A stretch of 64,000 nt of DNA from Bugula neritina. Lineage: Eukaryota; Animalia; Bryozoa. A model generated the notes under the pieces. The model made no database searches. It was given only the letters and a program-made list of their open reading frames with translations, and had not been told where the DNA came from. Shown one piece after another: positions 1-12,300 of the stretch. The DNA lies in NCBI GenBank assembly GCA_964035545.1, contig OZ037768.1, positions 20,567,700 through 20,631,699 on the forward strand, read 5' to 3'. Numbering within the stretch: the stretch's first letter is position 1; each line of letters opens with the position of its first letter. Made by a program: the position numbers and the translations under genes.

Positions 1-1571
1 ATTAGTGAGAGATCAAACAAGATCTACCATCTATGAATGGCTCCTTCGAGTCCCACACAACTTTTTTCATTTAATTTTTCCTTAATTGGTATTCCGGTGT
101 CGCAAGGTTCTAAACAAATGGCCAACATTAATCTTAATAATTGATAAAGAGTATAATTCAGTGAGTTGTAGATGAAAGCTATCAACCATTGAAATAGTCA
201 CTGCCTTGTCATTAGCCGATGTAGGGCTAAGAAACTGTGATCTAATTAATAATTTTGACGCCACATTTTTCACTATTGAGTGTGATGGTACAATACATGC
301 ATTTTATAACTACTTAATTTTTATAATTAAAAAGGTTTATCAGTGATGTGTGTAGTCTAATCACTGATTCTCTAATTGGTTTGGGTTGAACCAGAATGCT
401 GCAAGTGGAACAATCATTTGGTATGTTGAATGAATGTAACTAGTGAAATCACATCAATGGACTGGTGAGCTTTCTAAAAACAGTGGGCACTTTTAAGTCA
501 CCTGAGATTGTGAATAATATCCAGTCAGGCTGATTAATTTAGAAATGGGAAATGTTTTCCCTTTCCCTTTAGGAATTTGAACTAAAGTCCCCTATCAAGG
601 AAGAAGGAACTCCTTTCCAACTTCCTATACACTATTTATATCACAATTGTGCCTTACACTTACAACCTCAAACCAAGATCCCAACTTATATCACAACAAT
701 AATAATATTTACCACTAAACAGTAAATTTATAAAATACAAAAGACATCTTAAAATAACAGAATTTATGAACATAATATCTACGGATGTGGCTGACTAAAT
801 TGACTCGCTGTGAATGATAACAGAAATCAACATACCAGTACACAAAAGCAGACTCCACACAGCTGCCATGTTGGTACAGCGTCCAGTTATCTTGCAATAA
901 AACACTAATTTAACATTGCATGCCAAAGTCATAGTGTGAGAGCAGGCAGCTGCAAATATACGATATATTATAGAGTTGTCTGCTCCTTATATAAACACTA
1001 AATAAGGAGACAACTTCAAAATACCTGTTTTCAGGTTGCAAAATGACAGTGATGTACAGAGAATAAATCAAGTGTGATGTATAAATTAATCAGACCACCT
1101 CCTCACCACAGTTCACACACTCTTTAACTGCATTTTACATCCATTGACATTACTACACACCAAAATAGCTGTCGCAAACACATTTCTGATGACACATGTA
1201 AAGCTTCTGACTGTATAATATTCTATAATATTATACTAAATTCAAAACATGTAGTATACAGTTTCGTTTCCAATTTAAATTACCAGGTGCCATGATCAAG
1301 TTTTGAGACAAAGCGAACTCTCAGAAGATGTTTAATTACATTTCTACATTGAATTTTATATCTATTAAACATCATAATCTTCTTAACTGATAACAAGGTA
1401 TAAATAGGTAAGATGGTGAGGCTAAATTAATAACCATATAATCACTTTTTAAATCTATATGATTATACATTTGAAAAATAAAATAGTGAAACTACATACG
1501 TTAGTATTAAGGACTATCATTTAACAATGCTATGAATACTTCACTTACCGAAAGAGATGAATGTAGAGGTG

Positions 1572-4500
1572 TTAATGTTGAGACAGAGGTGCATATTTCA
1601 GCTGGTGTTGCACCTCTAAAGGCCACAATGATGCCAGCTCTGTTTTGTTTTTCTCAAGGAGCTTTAGTTTACGAGTCAGTAATGTAGGAACCTCCTTATT
1701 CTCCAGCAAATCTCCAATAGCCATGACATAGTTGCCTACAGCACGGCATATTTTCGTCTATTCAACTTATAATTACTTACTACTAATTTAAAGAAGCATA
1801 TTTCAGTTTATTTATCTTATAATTACTATAAATTTTTGTTTATTTGAAATATGACTACTAAATAGGAAAAATCTTTTTTGGATGTAAAAATATAAAAAAC
1901 AATATTTCTCATGTTATATATACATGCAACTTACGATACTAATTTAAAATGAAGCCAAAAGGCATGTGGTTAGCAAAACAATACATTTACACCTATATAC
2001 TGCTTTACAATAGGTGCAAGTGTACTTTCACAGCATAACACAGAGAGTGTTACCATGTTGTACTGAAGAAGTAATGTATACCACAAATAAGAAAACTAAA
2101 AAAAATTAGGATTAAAAGTAATGAACCTTGTTGAAGGACATAGAGATCTTCAATAGTAGCTCGATTCATTTTAGTTTCTGTTAACTTAACTTTCCCGCTA
2201 TCATCTTTGATAAGTACTTCTTCTTTTTCAAAGTCTACCTGTGTCATGTTAACAGTAACATATTTTTCAAGCATATTCAAAGTGATAAAAGTAGTTTTTA
2301 GTTTCACAGTTTAAGTGATGACAATAAAATATTACTGTTTCAATTTTCAAGAGTGAGACTACTAAATGATAGATAAGTAATGAGTAGGGGAAAAAAATCT
2401 ACATAAATGGCAGTCTGACAGTTGTTAATGGTTAGAGGAATGACCAAGTGTGACACATGGCTAGGCCAAGATTTTTAACTACAGTAGAGCCATTTGTGAT
2501 GCCAGGCAAGGAATTTAGCCCATATAACTTAATTTAGGGGCTAGAGCGCTGGTTTAGGAAACACGAAATCACGTGTGATGGTGATGTTAGGAAGAGCCTA
2601 TAGTCATAATTGCTCTTGTAGACCGTATGAGTAATTCCATAGCCTGATTTAACAAAAAATATTTTCATCAGGGGTTTCTCACATTATTCATGATAATGAT
2701 AACACACGCATGCACACACACGTATACCTGCGCATATATATATACATGCACATACATACATACAAACATATAAATAGATATATGTATATACCTATTTATT
2801 ATTATTTCTATTATCTATTATTATATTTGTGACAAATGAATACAATTTGATATTTTATAAAAACTACTAATTAGTAAAAATGCAAACTCACGCAAATTTA
2901 AAGTCACTATCCCTGTGATAGACCCCTAATGGAAAGCTGGGGATCGAACCCATGACCACAAGTGTTTTAGTAGCCAGTGCTCTAACCCCTAAACCACAGC
3001 AGCTCCCTAACTATTGATTAATATTATAAATTTATTCATTGTATTTAATTTCTTAATAAAAAATATAACCATAAATGTCAATTATTAAATGATCATGATG
3101 ATACTTTATTATAACTATCAAATTCAAAATAACTATAGGTATTGTTATGGACAGCTCTGTACATGAAGGGCAGACCTTTATGAGCTTCTTGTCCACATGT
3201 AGCTAGTTTTAAGTACCAGCTCAAGTAAACAGTTGTAATTGCAGTGACCATTTAATTCCTTATAATTGTCTTTATTATTATGCAACAATTTATCTGGGGA
3301 GTGCTATCTTTGTCATATTCAAATGTGTTTGAGTGCAAACTGTACAATGCGATTGTAATTACTTGAGTTTTCTAACCATTAAGATTTATAGCATAAATAG
3401 AGCTGCATCTTTTGTCATTTTATTTTTCACCCACACTGAAACTTTTTTACAACTATGAGCTGAATCGAGCTATTGGTATTCTGTCCTCAACAAGTGGATT
3501 AAGGTGTCTCAGTAGCAGAAAACCAAAAACCTTAACACTGTTATTTAATTTATAGCAATAACTCCTTTACATGACCATGTAAAGGAGTTATAAATAATCA
3601 AATATTAATAACTATAAAACATAGTATAAACTTAAGATTCATTTATTGTTAGATCTTCATTATAACTACACTTTTTGTAAAACTGATTCACTGTTAATTT
3701 CAACAGTCAAAGGAGATTATGTATATTACCAATAATAATTAATATCACTAATACTATTTACTGAGTTGTTAGTTACCAAGTTAGTTGAATAGTCAACAAC
3801 CAATTATCATTGAGAATATAAAATTACTCATTTGCAAATTTTATTCAAAATATTTAAACTTTCATTTTTCATTATCAACACTTACTAATAGTTAATGTTA
3901 TACCATCACTGAACCAATACTAATACTAATAGTAATAGAATAAACGCAACACTAATAATAGTACTAATAGTTATAGTTATAGTTATAGTATTACTAATAC
4001 TAATAGTAAAATCGTTTCCAAATAATTTACAGTTTTACACTATTAGACTTGCAGTAAAACTTTTAGATTACTTTTTAACCAATATTTAAAATTCTTTTCA
4101 TTCATAGTGATCACTGATCAGTGATAGTGATACTGATGTTACATTTTACATTCACAATTCAGTAAATTGATATTCATATATTTATAACAGCTAATGTTGC
4201 CCCTATACATAAGTCTGGTTCAAAGGAAGGTGTCCACAACTATCGACCCATATTACTAACCAGTATTCCTTGCAAAATGCTGGAGCACCTTGTCTTTAGG
4301 TTTTTGCTGGAAAAAGTTGATAAACTACTGAACAATCGACAACTTTGCTTTAGAAAAGGACTCTCCTGTGAATTTATGCAATTGTGTGCTACAACGCAGG
4401 ATATTCTCCAAGCTGTTGATAACCAACTGTGTTCATGCTGCCATTTTATATTTCACAAGTTTTTGACCGAGTGCCTCGTGCGCTACTGATGCAAAAACTC

Positions 4501-6282
4501 TCTACGATTACTTATAATGACGACTATCTCTTGGGCGGGATCCCAGATTTTCTGACAGAAAGACTCCAAAGCGCTGTCCTTCAAGGTCATAGCTTGGAGC
4601 CACTCCCAGTTACATCTGGTGTTCCTCAAGGATCAGTTTTGGGCCCTATTTTATTTCTAGTCTCTATCAATGACCTGCCAGACACCCTTGACTGTTCTGT
4701 TGGCCTTTTCGCTGATGATATGCTTGTGTATCAAAAGGTCAACACTACTGATGACACCAAACGGTTTCAACAAAACCTTAATCGCTTAGGAGATTGGGCT
4801 GACAAATGGGACATGTCGTTCAACATTGCCAAAAGTAAATCCTAAAGTAATCCTACACAAAACTTACTGAAATACACCTTGAATGGTTCTGAGCTAGTAC
4901 CAAATACCTCGGAGTATTAATTAAGTCTGATTGTAAGTCTGATACACATTCATGAGAAAGTTCTAAAAGCAAAGAGACAACTTGGGATGATTAGAAAAGC
5001 ACTACTCAGCCCCACAACATGCTCATTTGCTCACATATAAAACCTTCTGTTTACCACACCTGGAATATGCTTGTGCTGTCTGGGATCCAGTTTGTAAAAG
5101 CGACATTGCCAGCCTGGAAAGTGTCCAGTTAGATGCTGTTCGCTTCATATCCGGCTTAAAAGGGCGGACATATTTTAATTTGTCCATGGAAAAGTTTGGA
5201 ATAATACTACTAGCATCAAGAAGAAAAAATAAACGCATCAGTCTGCTTCTCCAGATTTTAGCTGAAGAGGAATGCCACCCGGCACTCACTGAATCATATG
5301 ACCACCTGGGTAAACAAACATCGTCAAGAGTTTAGACTAGGTTTTAGGCTCTATCAGTGCTAACCAAAATAAATATTACAATAGTTTTCTACCATGGACA
5401 ATTAGAGATTTGAACATTGGATCAACTACAGCAACCAAAGCGCCGTCACTTACTGTACTCTTACCACAGACAGGCAAAGCAGGCCTGTTTTGCATCCACT
5501 GTACATTATTTCTTTAAATATATCTTTGCTGACCACAGGTAGTGGTACATACATGTAACTCATGATTAAAAATGTGGCACACCCCTTCAGCCCAACAGGG
5601 TGGTTTAGTGTGAAGAAAAATTTTACAGGTATTGATGATATTCAATTTCCTAGTCTTATTATAATTATTTATCAATATTGTCATATTCTTTAAACGTCAC
5701 AATCATATTCATTGTCATTGTGATTGTGATACTCATTGTCATACTCATACTGACCGTTTGATTATGATAGTTATACTCATAGTCATAGTGACAACTCTTA
5801 GTCTTACTAATACTAATAGCAATACTAATCATGCCTAATGCCAATACTAATACTTATACTAATAGTAATACTAATAGTTTATAGTAATACTTATAGTTAT
5901 AGTATCACTGTAATAGTAATACTAATAGTAGTAGTTTAGTAATACTTATAGTTATACTATAAAGTATAAGATTAGGTATAATACTAATAGTAATACTAAT
6001 AGAATAAATATAATATCAATAATACTAATACTAATAGTAATAGTAATACTAATACTAATAGTAATTAATACTAATTCTATTTCTTACATTTATTATGGTG
6101 CCCTGAACCCAGGCTATAGAAAACAGAATTTGTCTTCCATTATATAAGGACATCCAACGCATTCTGCCGTTATATTTTTGCATCTCAGATGCTGTTTGAA
6201 GGTGATATGACAGGAGTTTTACATGTGGTAAGGCTAGAGAGCTAGTGCTAGTAGAATTAGCTGAATTTAAGGAGGCCGCCAT
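1572..6282 (-). CDS. RMI2: RecQ-mediated genome instability protein 2 (OB-fold, BTR complex); 3 coding exons, 156 aa
   Basis: Exons 6282-6088, 2238-2127, 1735-1572 join with GT-AG and consistent phases: ...LPHVKLLSYHLQ...FSIAWVQGTIIN/VDFEKEEVLIKDDSGKVKL...QQ/GNYVMAIGDLL...LWPLEVQH*. This matches the RMI2 pattern (xWxQGxV...L.DxSG...GxYVMxxG...MWxLEV). Confidence 0.85.
2537..2682 (+). mobile_element. Degenerate tRNA-derived SINE copy (same family as 38238-38447)
   Basis: Shares gtgatgttaggaa...agtcataattgctc...atttaacaaaaa...ggggtttctcac with the copy at 38238. Confidence 0.7.
2881..3007 (-). mobile_element. tRNA-derived SINE, internally deleted copy
   Basis: Reverse complement GGGAGCTGCTGTGGTTTAGGGGTTAGAGC...GGTTCGATCCC (A and B boxes)...CACAGGGATAGTGACTTTAAATTTGCGTGAGT matches both the head and the tail of the 38238 copy. 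Confidence 0.75.
4188..5420 (+). mobile_element. 5'-truncated, frameshifted non-LTR retrotransposon (CR1/L2-like RT) in RMI2 intron 1, antisense to host
   Basis: Fragments ANVAPIHKSG..NYRPILLTSIPCKMLEH, GVPQGSVLGPILFL..INDLP, LFADD, WADKWDMSFN, YKTFCLPHLEYACAVWDP, NSFLPWTIRDLN across several frames. Confidence 0.9.
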
Positions 6283-6900
6283 GTCTGTGACGAAATAGTT
6301 CCCGGAAATATTATCAGAATGTGACTGAATGTTCTAATAGATATTTCCGATTGACCAGCGATGTTTTTGAAGGCTAGGATTCGCAATAAAAAATGTAGTA
6401 GCATATTATGTAGAGCAATAATGACAACTATTATAATTTAGATATTTAAATGGTTTATTACTGCAAACATATCAATTATTGAACAAACGTGTTTTTGCAA
6501 ATTGTACATATTACAACCAAGAAAATAAACTGTTACTAATGTCCATACTGAAAAAAAATTGCTAAAAGATAACTTCGCTAAAACATGTTTGGAAGAATAA
6601 CTCTATAAAATATTATAATATATAAGTTAGGTAAATAGACCCGCTACTAACACGTCGTTGCTAACCAGAGACCGTGATAAGCGCAACTTTTTTGTCTGTT
6701 TGGGACGTGGGTGTTTATCTACTACGATAAAGCGTGTTGATTTAGGCTTATGACATGACCTTCACAATGATCCGTGCGGCTGCAATAAGCTCAGCAAATA
6801 GCGTTCGTGCACTTACACTTTTGTTTTGTAAGGTTAATTTGAAAAGTCATATAGTTATATTCATATTGCAACTGACGGGATAGAGAGGTGCACGTGCGAC
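6283..6900. promoter_or_regulatory. Putative divergent promoter region RMI2 / OSGIN
   Basis: Head-to-head genes; locally CpG-richer, CACGTG at about 6890; flanked on both sides by AGT/ACT periodic tracts. TSS not observed. Confidence 0.4.
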
Positions 6901-8072
6901 CAGACCTTGTAGTTTAGTATTCTTCAATACCAGCCTCAAGCGTTTAGATTTATTTTCAAATGGAAATGTAACGCCTATGGTAACAAGCTCTTTTGAATTT
7001 TACCTATACTAACAGTAACTATAGCATAGGCTATAGTTATAGTTATACTAAAAGTAAATCTGATAGTAATACTTATACTAATAGTAATACTTAGTTATAC
7101 TTTTAGTTTTACTTTTACTTTTAGCTTTGGCTGCTTTGCCAATGCCTTTACAGTTACTTTTATTTTTAACCGTTACCGTAGCCTTTGGCTTCAGAGTTTA
7201 GATTTAATAAGTAACTGTAAGAGTAAGAGTAAAGGTAACCCACTCATTCAGTAAGCCTTTATTTTCTAATTACTACTCAGTACTTTATGTCTTACTATTA
7301 GTATTACTATAACTTATAAGTATTAGTAACTTTAAGTTATTGTTATCACTCGGTTATGTAACTTATAGTCATAGTCATACTAATAGTAATATTATTTTTA
7401 TTGCTTAAAAGTAGAATAAAATAAAATAATTTTATTTGATCTTATCCGCAACCTGTAGGGTGTAGTCAGTAGTGATTGTCATTGTCATTTTTGATGTTGC
7501 TCAACTTTGCATTATGATTATGATAATGATAATAATGTAGTTGACGTTCTAACTATTTGATTGTTTATTACATTTACACTAGCAGTGACTGTGCTAATTA
7601 CAAATTTCATTATTAAACTTAATGTTACACTTACTGGGGACAAATTTTAGCTAATCCTGCCCCTGGGTACCAGTTTTTTGCTTTGACTTGAGAAGTTGAA
7701 GTTACACTAGTAGTAGTTGAGTGTAAGTTAATTAATATCATTGTCAAAATGTAATCACTTAGCAGTCTCAGTCTCTTGCTAATTTATATTGTCCAGTTTT
7801 AAGGGTTAGGAGTGTAATTTAGTGTTTAGCACTACCATGAAAACGAGTCAATATTAGTATTAATAAATCATATATGCTGCTTGTTAATTGATTCTAACCA
7901 GCATATAGTTTTGTATGCTAAAAATATTACTGTGCAAGTAAACAATTACAGCAGTTAGCAGTGGCAGCTTTTGGTTTCACAAAATATGTCTCTTGGACAT
8001 TTTTATTTTTACATGTTGCATAATTAATTTTTCTGATTTAGATATTTCTATGTTATGTGATATAAAACTTTT

Positions 8073-8145
8073 TGACCCCAACTGGGATTTGAACCCGAGA
8101 CCTCTAACTTGCAAGCAGGCGCACTACCATTACGCCACAAGGGCC
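8073..8145 (-). pseudogene. tRNA-like sequence (Trp-like scaffold, GCA at anticodon position); probable pseudo-tRNA or SINE head
   Basis: GGCCCTTGTGGCGTAATGGTAGTGCGCCTGCTTGCAAGTTAGAGGTCTCGGGTTCAAATCCCAGTTGGGGTCA has A and B boxes and a TTTT shortly downstream, but mismatches in the anticodon and T stems. Confidence 0.6.
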
Positions 8146-9395
8146 ACTGGGTAAACTCAACACTACAATTGATTTAGTCAATTTCAAGTTTTCTAGAGAT
8201 ATAGAAATGTACCCAGTGGTAAAAGAATTGCATTGGGCTTAACTTAAGCTCGTTATTAATTTCTAATTATTTAAACTTGCATTACAATTATATTTAGTTT
8301 TAGTATTCAATCCATGTGTTAGTATGTAAATGTCAGTCATTGTAATTAGAATGAGTTGATTTATCTGGCATTAGCTGAGATGAATAGGTAACCACTATTA
8401 GTACCAGATCCATCATGTAGCCAAATAGCATGCACATGTTTCTGTTACTGAGTTTAGTTTTTCAGTTGATGCTTAAATTAGTTTGACCATTTCTCTGGTT
8501 TCAAAAGTTTCAAAATGTTTTAGTGAAATTAAGGTCCTGTTTTCATATTTTAATCTAAGAAAGTGGGGTGACTTGCACATTTAGTGCATTCAGTGCAGAA
8601 AATATATAATAAAGCATTACAGTTGCAAGAGTTTTTGATTGAATGAAACCAGTTCTCTCAACCATAGAATGGAATTACAATGCTAATTCAACAGCATGGA
8701 AATAATCCAATTGCTTTGTTTCGTAACAAATTGCAAGGTTATTATGACTTCAGTTTCATTGTTCTATTTTACAATGCTTTGAAATCTACTACAAATTTCC
8801 AGCCCATTTGCATGTAAAGGCTTTCATTTTTATGCAAGGACACACTTTTATGCATACTTACATGCATGTGTAGATTATTCCAATTCTTAATTATTATAAT
8901 TTAATTATAAAACTTAGAACTAAAAGCATTTCATTAAAAACAGTCTAAAGTTTTGCTGATTTTTCATCCCAAATATTCAAACGGCGCCATCCTATATTAA
9001 TCATTTATAACAAAATGTTTTTAGGTTTAGCTTTATAATTAGTTATCAGTATTTCCTTTTCAGTTGAATGCTTCTTATTATTTCTATGTCTATTGTATTT
9101 GCCTACTTCAGTGTGTTCTGTAATTCCACGTATATCAAACGGTTTCTGGGGCATTTTTAATAAATTCAATTTGGCTAAATATGCTGAGGATATTAACAAA
9201 TCAAAATTTATTACTAAGAATAATTTTTATGTATATGAAATTATAATGTTAATGTAATTGTTCAACCAGCTTCCTATAAGCTGGGTATTGGCCATTGATC
9301 TTTAATACATTGCGACTTTTATGTTTGCAGTAGTCAGTGAAATGGGGGTCTACTGAGACAGTCTTACCCAGAGCTGCTGCAGCTGGTTCTGTGAA

Positions 9396-12300
9396 ATGGA
9401 AAATGAAATCAAAGAAGTTGATGTAGCAATAATTGGTAGGTGACTATATATTTAGGCAAACTATCTAATTCAGTAGCTCATTGACTTTGTTAACCACAAT
9501 CTAAGAGACTCAATGTCACTTTATTTCTATAATAATATAATGACACAATTTATATTTTATAACTTTGATGATTTTAATAAAGACTGTTTCCCACATGCAT
9601 TGCTGTGGAATACACTTAGTTGTCGACTAGGCCATTATTGCTGAGAAATTGATGATAAAAAGATAAGCAATTATTTGAAAGTTTTTGGAATTCTTTTGTA
9701 TTTATTGCTTGGGTTCCTTCCAACAATGTTGATGAAAGTTCACTTCACTATGTCATTGCAGGCAATGGCCCATCTGCTATCACTTTATCCTACATGCTGT
9801 CGGGCTACACCCCGTACTACCACCCGACAGATCCTCCTGAAGATGATTTGCTGCACCTCAGGCTGGCTAACCAAGACTACAAATGTGTGCCTATAACTGA
9901 GATGGTAGGCTATGGAGTTCATACTTTCTAATAACTCTGCTACTCCTTCATTATGTTATTATCATACTAATATAATTTAGCCCTAACTCATTTGCAACAG
10001 AGTAAATACTTGTTGGTCAGTTCAAAGTGCCCAATCAGAGGTAAAGGTGAACATAGAACAGTCTGACCGAATTTTCTAATAATCCCCAGGTTTTGGTGCT
10101 ATTGTGCTGAGTCAATGTTATTTTACTACTCACTATTGTGAATTACATTATTCTTCTAGTAATGCCATGACTTGCTAGATTCCTCAAATCAATAATGTTA
10201 ACATGCACTTATGTGTTGCAATCAATACTAATTCACACAGCTAGGTTTCATATGTTATATAGCACACTCTGCACAACATAATTATTATAAGGTAGACAAC
10301 GGTTAGCTGGGTGGACAGTAGATATACTCTTTATCTGGCAGCTTGTAGCTGAATGATATGCAACTGGTCAGCTTTATCCAGGCTGATAGTAGAAGACCAA
10401 TAAACTAATAATAGTATACTAGTAGTTTAGCACTAGAAGGTCAATACACTGATGATAGAAGTATAATATACCTATAGTAGAACTCTAATAGACTGGTGAT
10501 AAATATCTAGTAGATTAATAATAGAAATCTTATATAATATTGATAGTAGAAGGCCTCTAGGGACTGCTAATGGATTGATAGAGGGCTGATAATGGACTGC
10601 TAACGGACTGATATTGAATACATTGTATATTATGTATATTGTGCAGTGTGGACTTTAGAGCTGTGAGAGTAGGAGATCACTCCTAACTGTTGTGGTCTGT
10701 AGAATCTCCGCAATCTCAGTGATGGCTTGGAGGGCAGGACTAGTAACCCTGTAGCCTTGGTTCTCGACCAGCTCTGTCACCCCTATGCCGATACGGGCTA
10801 CCCCAAGCTCTCCAGTCAGCTGAGATGGGTTAAAGAAGAGAAGAGGGCTATTAATCACATTGTGATAGGAAGGAATAGTCGGCCTGGCGGAGTGTGGCAG
10901 GTAAAGTGTGATTTATCTAATGTAAGGACAGTTCTACTTGCAGTCAAAATGATCTCAACAGTGTCCTGAATGTCAATAACACAGTATGTCAGGGCAATGC
11001 ATTGTGGGAAGGGGTTGTTTTTCTGAAATATTTGTCTCTGCCAATAAATTTATTCCTCATCAATGTGAGTCTGCAATGCTAAATTTATGAAGGCTATATT
11101 AGCTCACCTGCTGTGACCTAGCTCACCTGTCATGACTTTATGTCCTTATGCAGCTGTCCAACTGATAATTTCTATTCAACTAAATTTGCAAAGTGTTTTC
11201 AAATGTTGTTTTCTTAATATGCTCAGTTTCTTGGAACTTTATCTTTCTAGTCTCCAAAATTATCAACTGTGACTGATCAACTGGTGCCAATGTGTTTTCA
11301 GAGCTGTTGCTAGCCAGCAGTTGTTTATAATTATGTATCTAGTTTATCCGATCCTATACTATTGTGTAGGTGGAGTAGCATAGATATGGTGTACCTGATA
11401 AATGTTTTTCAGATATTATAATGTTTGCATTTTATTTATAATCACATTGTTGGATAGCTGCCATTTTCTCTAAATGATTTTTGCTTCTTTTTTTAATGTT
11501 GGAATAAGCTAAACTGAATTACTACAAATGTTATTATAAAATATATGAATAATTATATTATAATACATGCTGCATTTTATTTTTATAATATACTATATTT
11601 TAATATAACATATGTTATATGTTATTATGATATATTATTATATAATATTATATTTATACTTGCTTATAATAAAGTATACCCATTATACAGAAGGTGCAGG
11701 GGGACCTGAAGACGTTGAGTAGAAGTTCTTGGATGCAACTGCCTGACCTGCCTTTTACTCAGTACTTGAAGGAGAAAAAGTAAGTACATTACCAGTAAGT
11801 TCTCAGTAAGTACATTACCAGTAAGTTCTCAGTAAGTACATTACCTGTAAGTTCTCAGTAAGTACATTACCAGTAAGTTCTCAGTAAGTACATTACTAGT
11901 AAGTTCTCAGTAAGTACATTACCAGTAAGTTCTCAGTAAGTACATTACCTGTAAGTTCTCAGTAAGTACATTACCTGTAAGTTCTCAGTAAGTACATTAC
12001 CTGTAAGTTCTCAGTAAGTACATTACCTGTAAGTTCTCAGTAAGTACATTACCAGTAAGTTCTCAGTAAGTACATTACCAGTAAGTTCTCAGTAAGTACA
12101 TTACCAGTAAGTTCTCAGTAAGTACATTACCTGTAAGTTCTCAGTAAGTACATTACCTGTAAGTTCTCAGTAAGTACATTACTAGTAAGTTTTCAGTAAG
12201 TACATTACCAGTAAGTTCTCAGTAAGTACATTACCTGTAAGTTCTCGGTAAGTACATTACTAGTAAGTACATTACCACATTGTTCTCACCACTTCTTCAT

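Noticed and set aside
11780-12276. CRISPR-like appearance of regular repeats (also 51536, 54827, 55254)
   Set aside because: Head-to-tail units with no unique spacers, no cas genes, eukaryotic introns.
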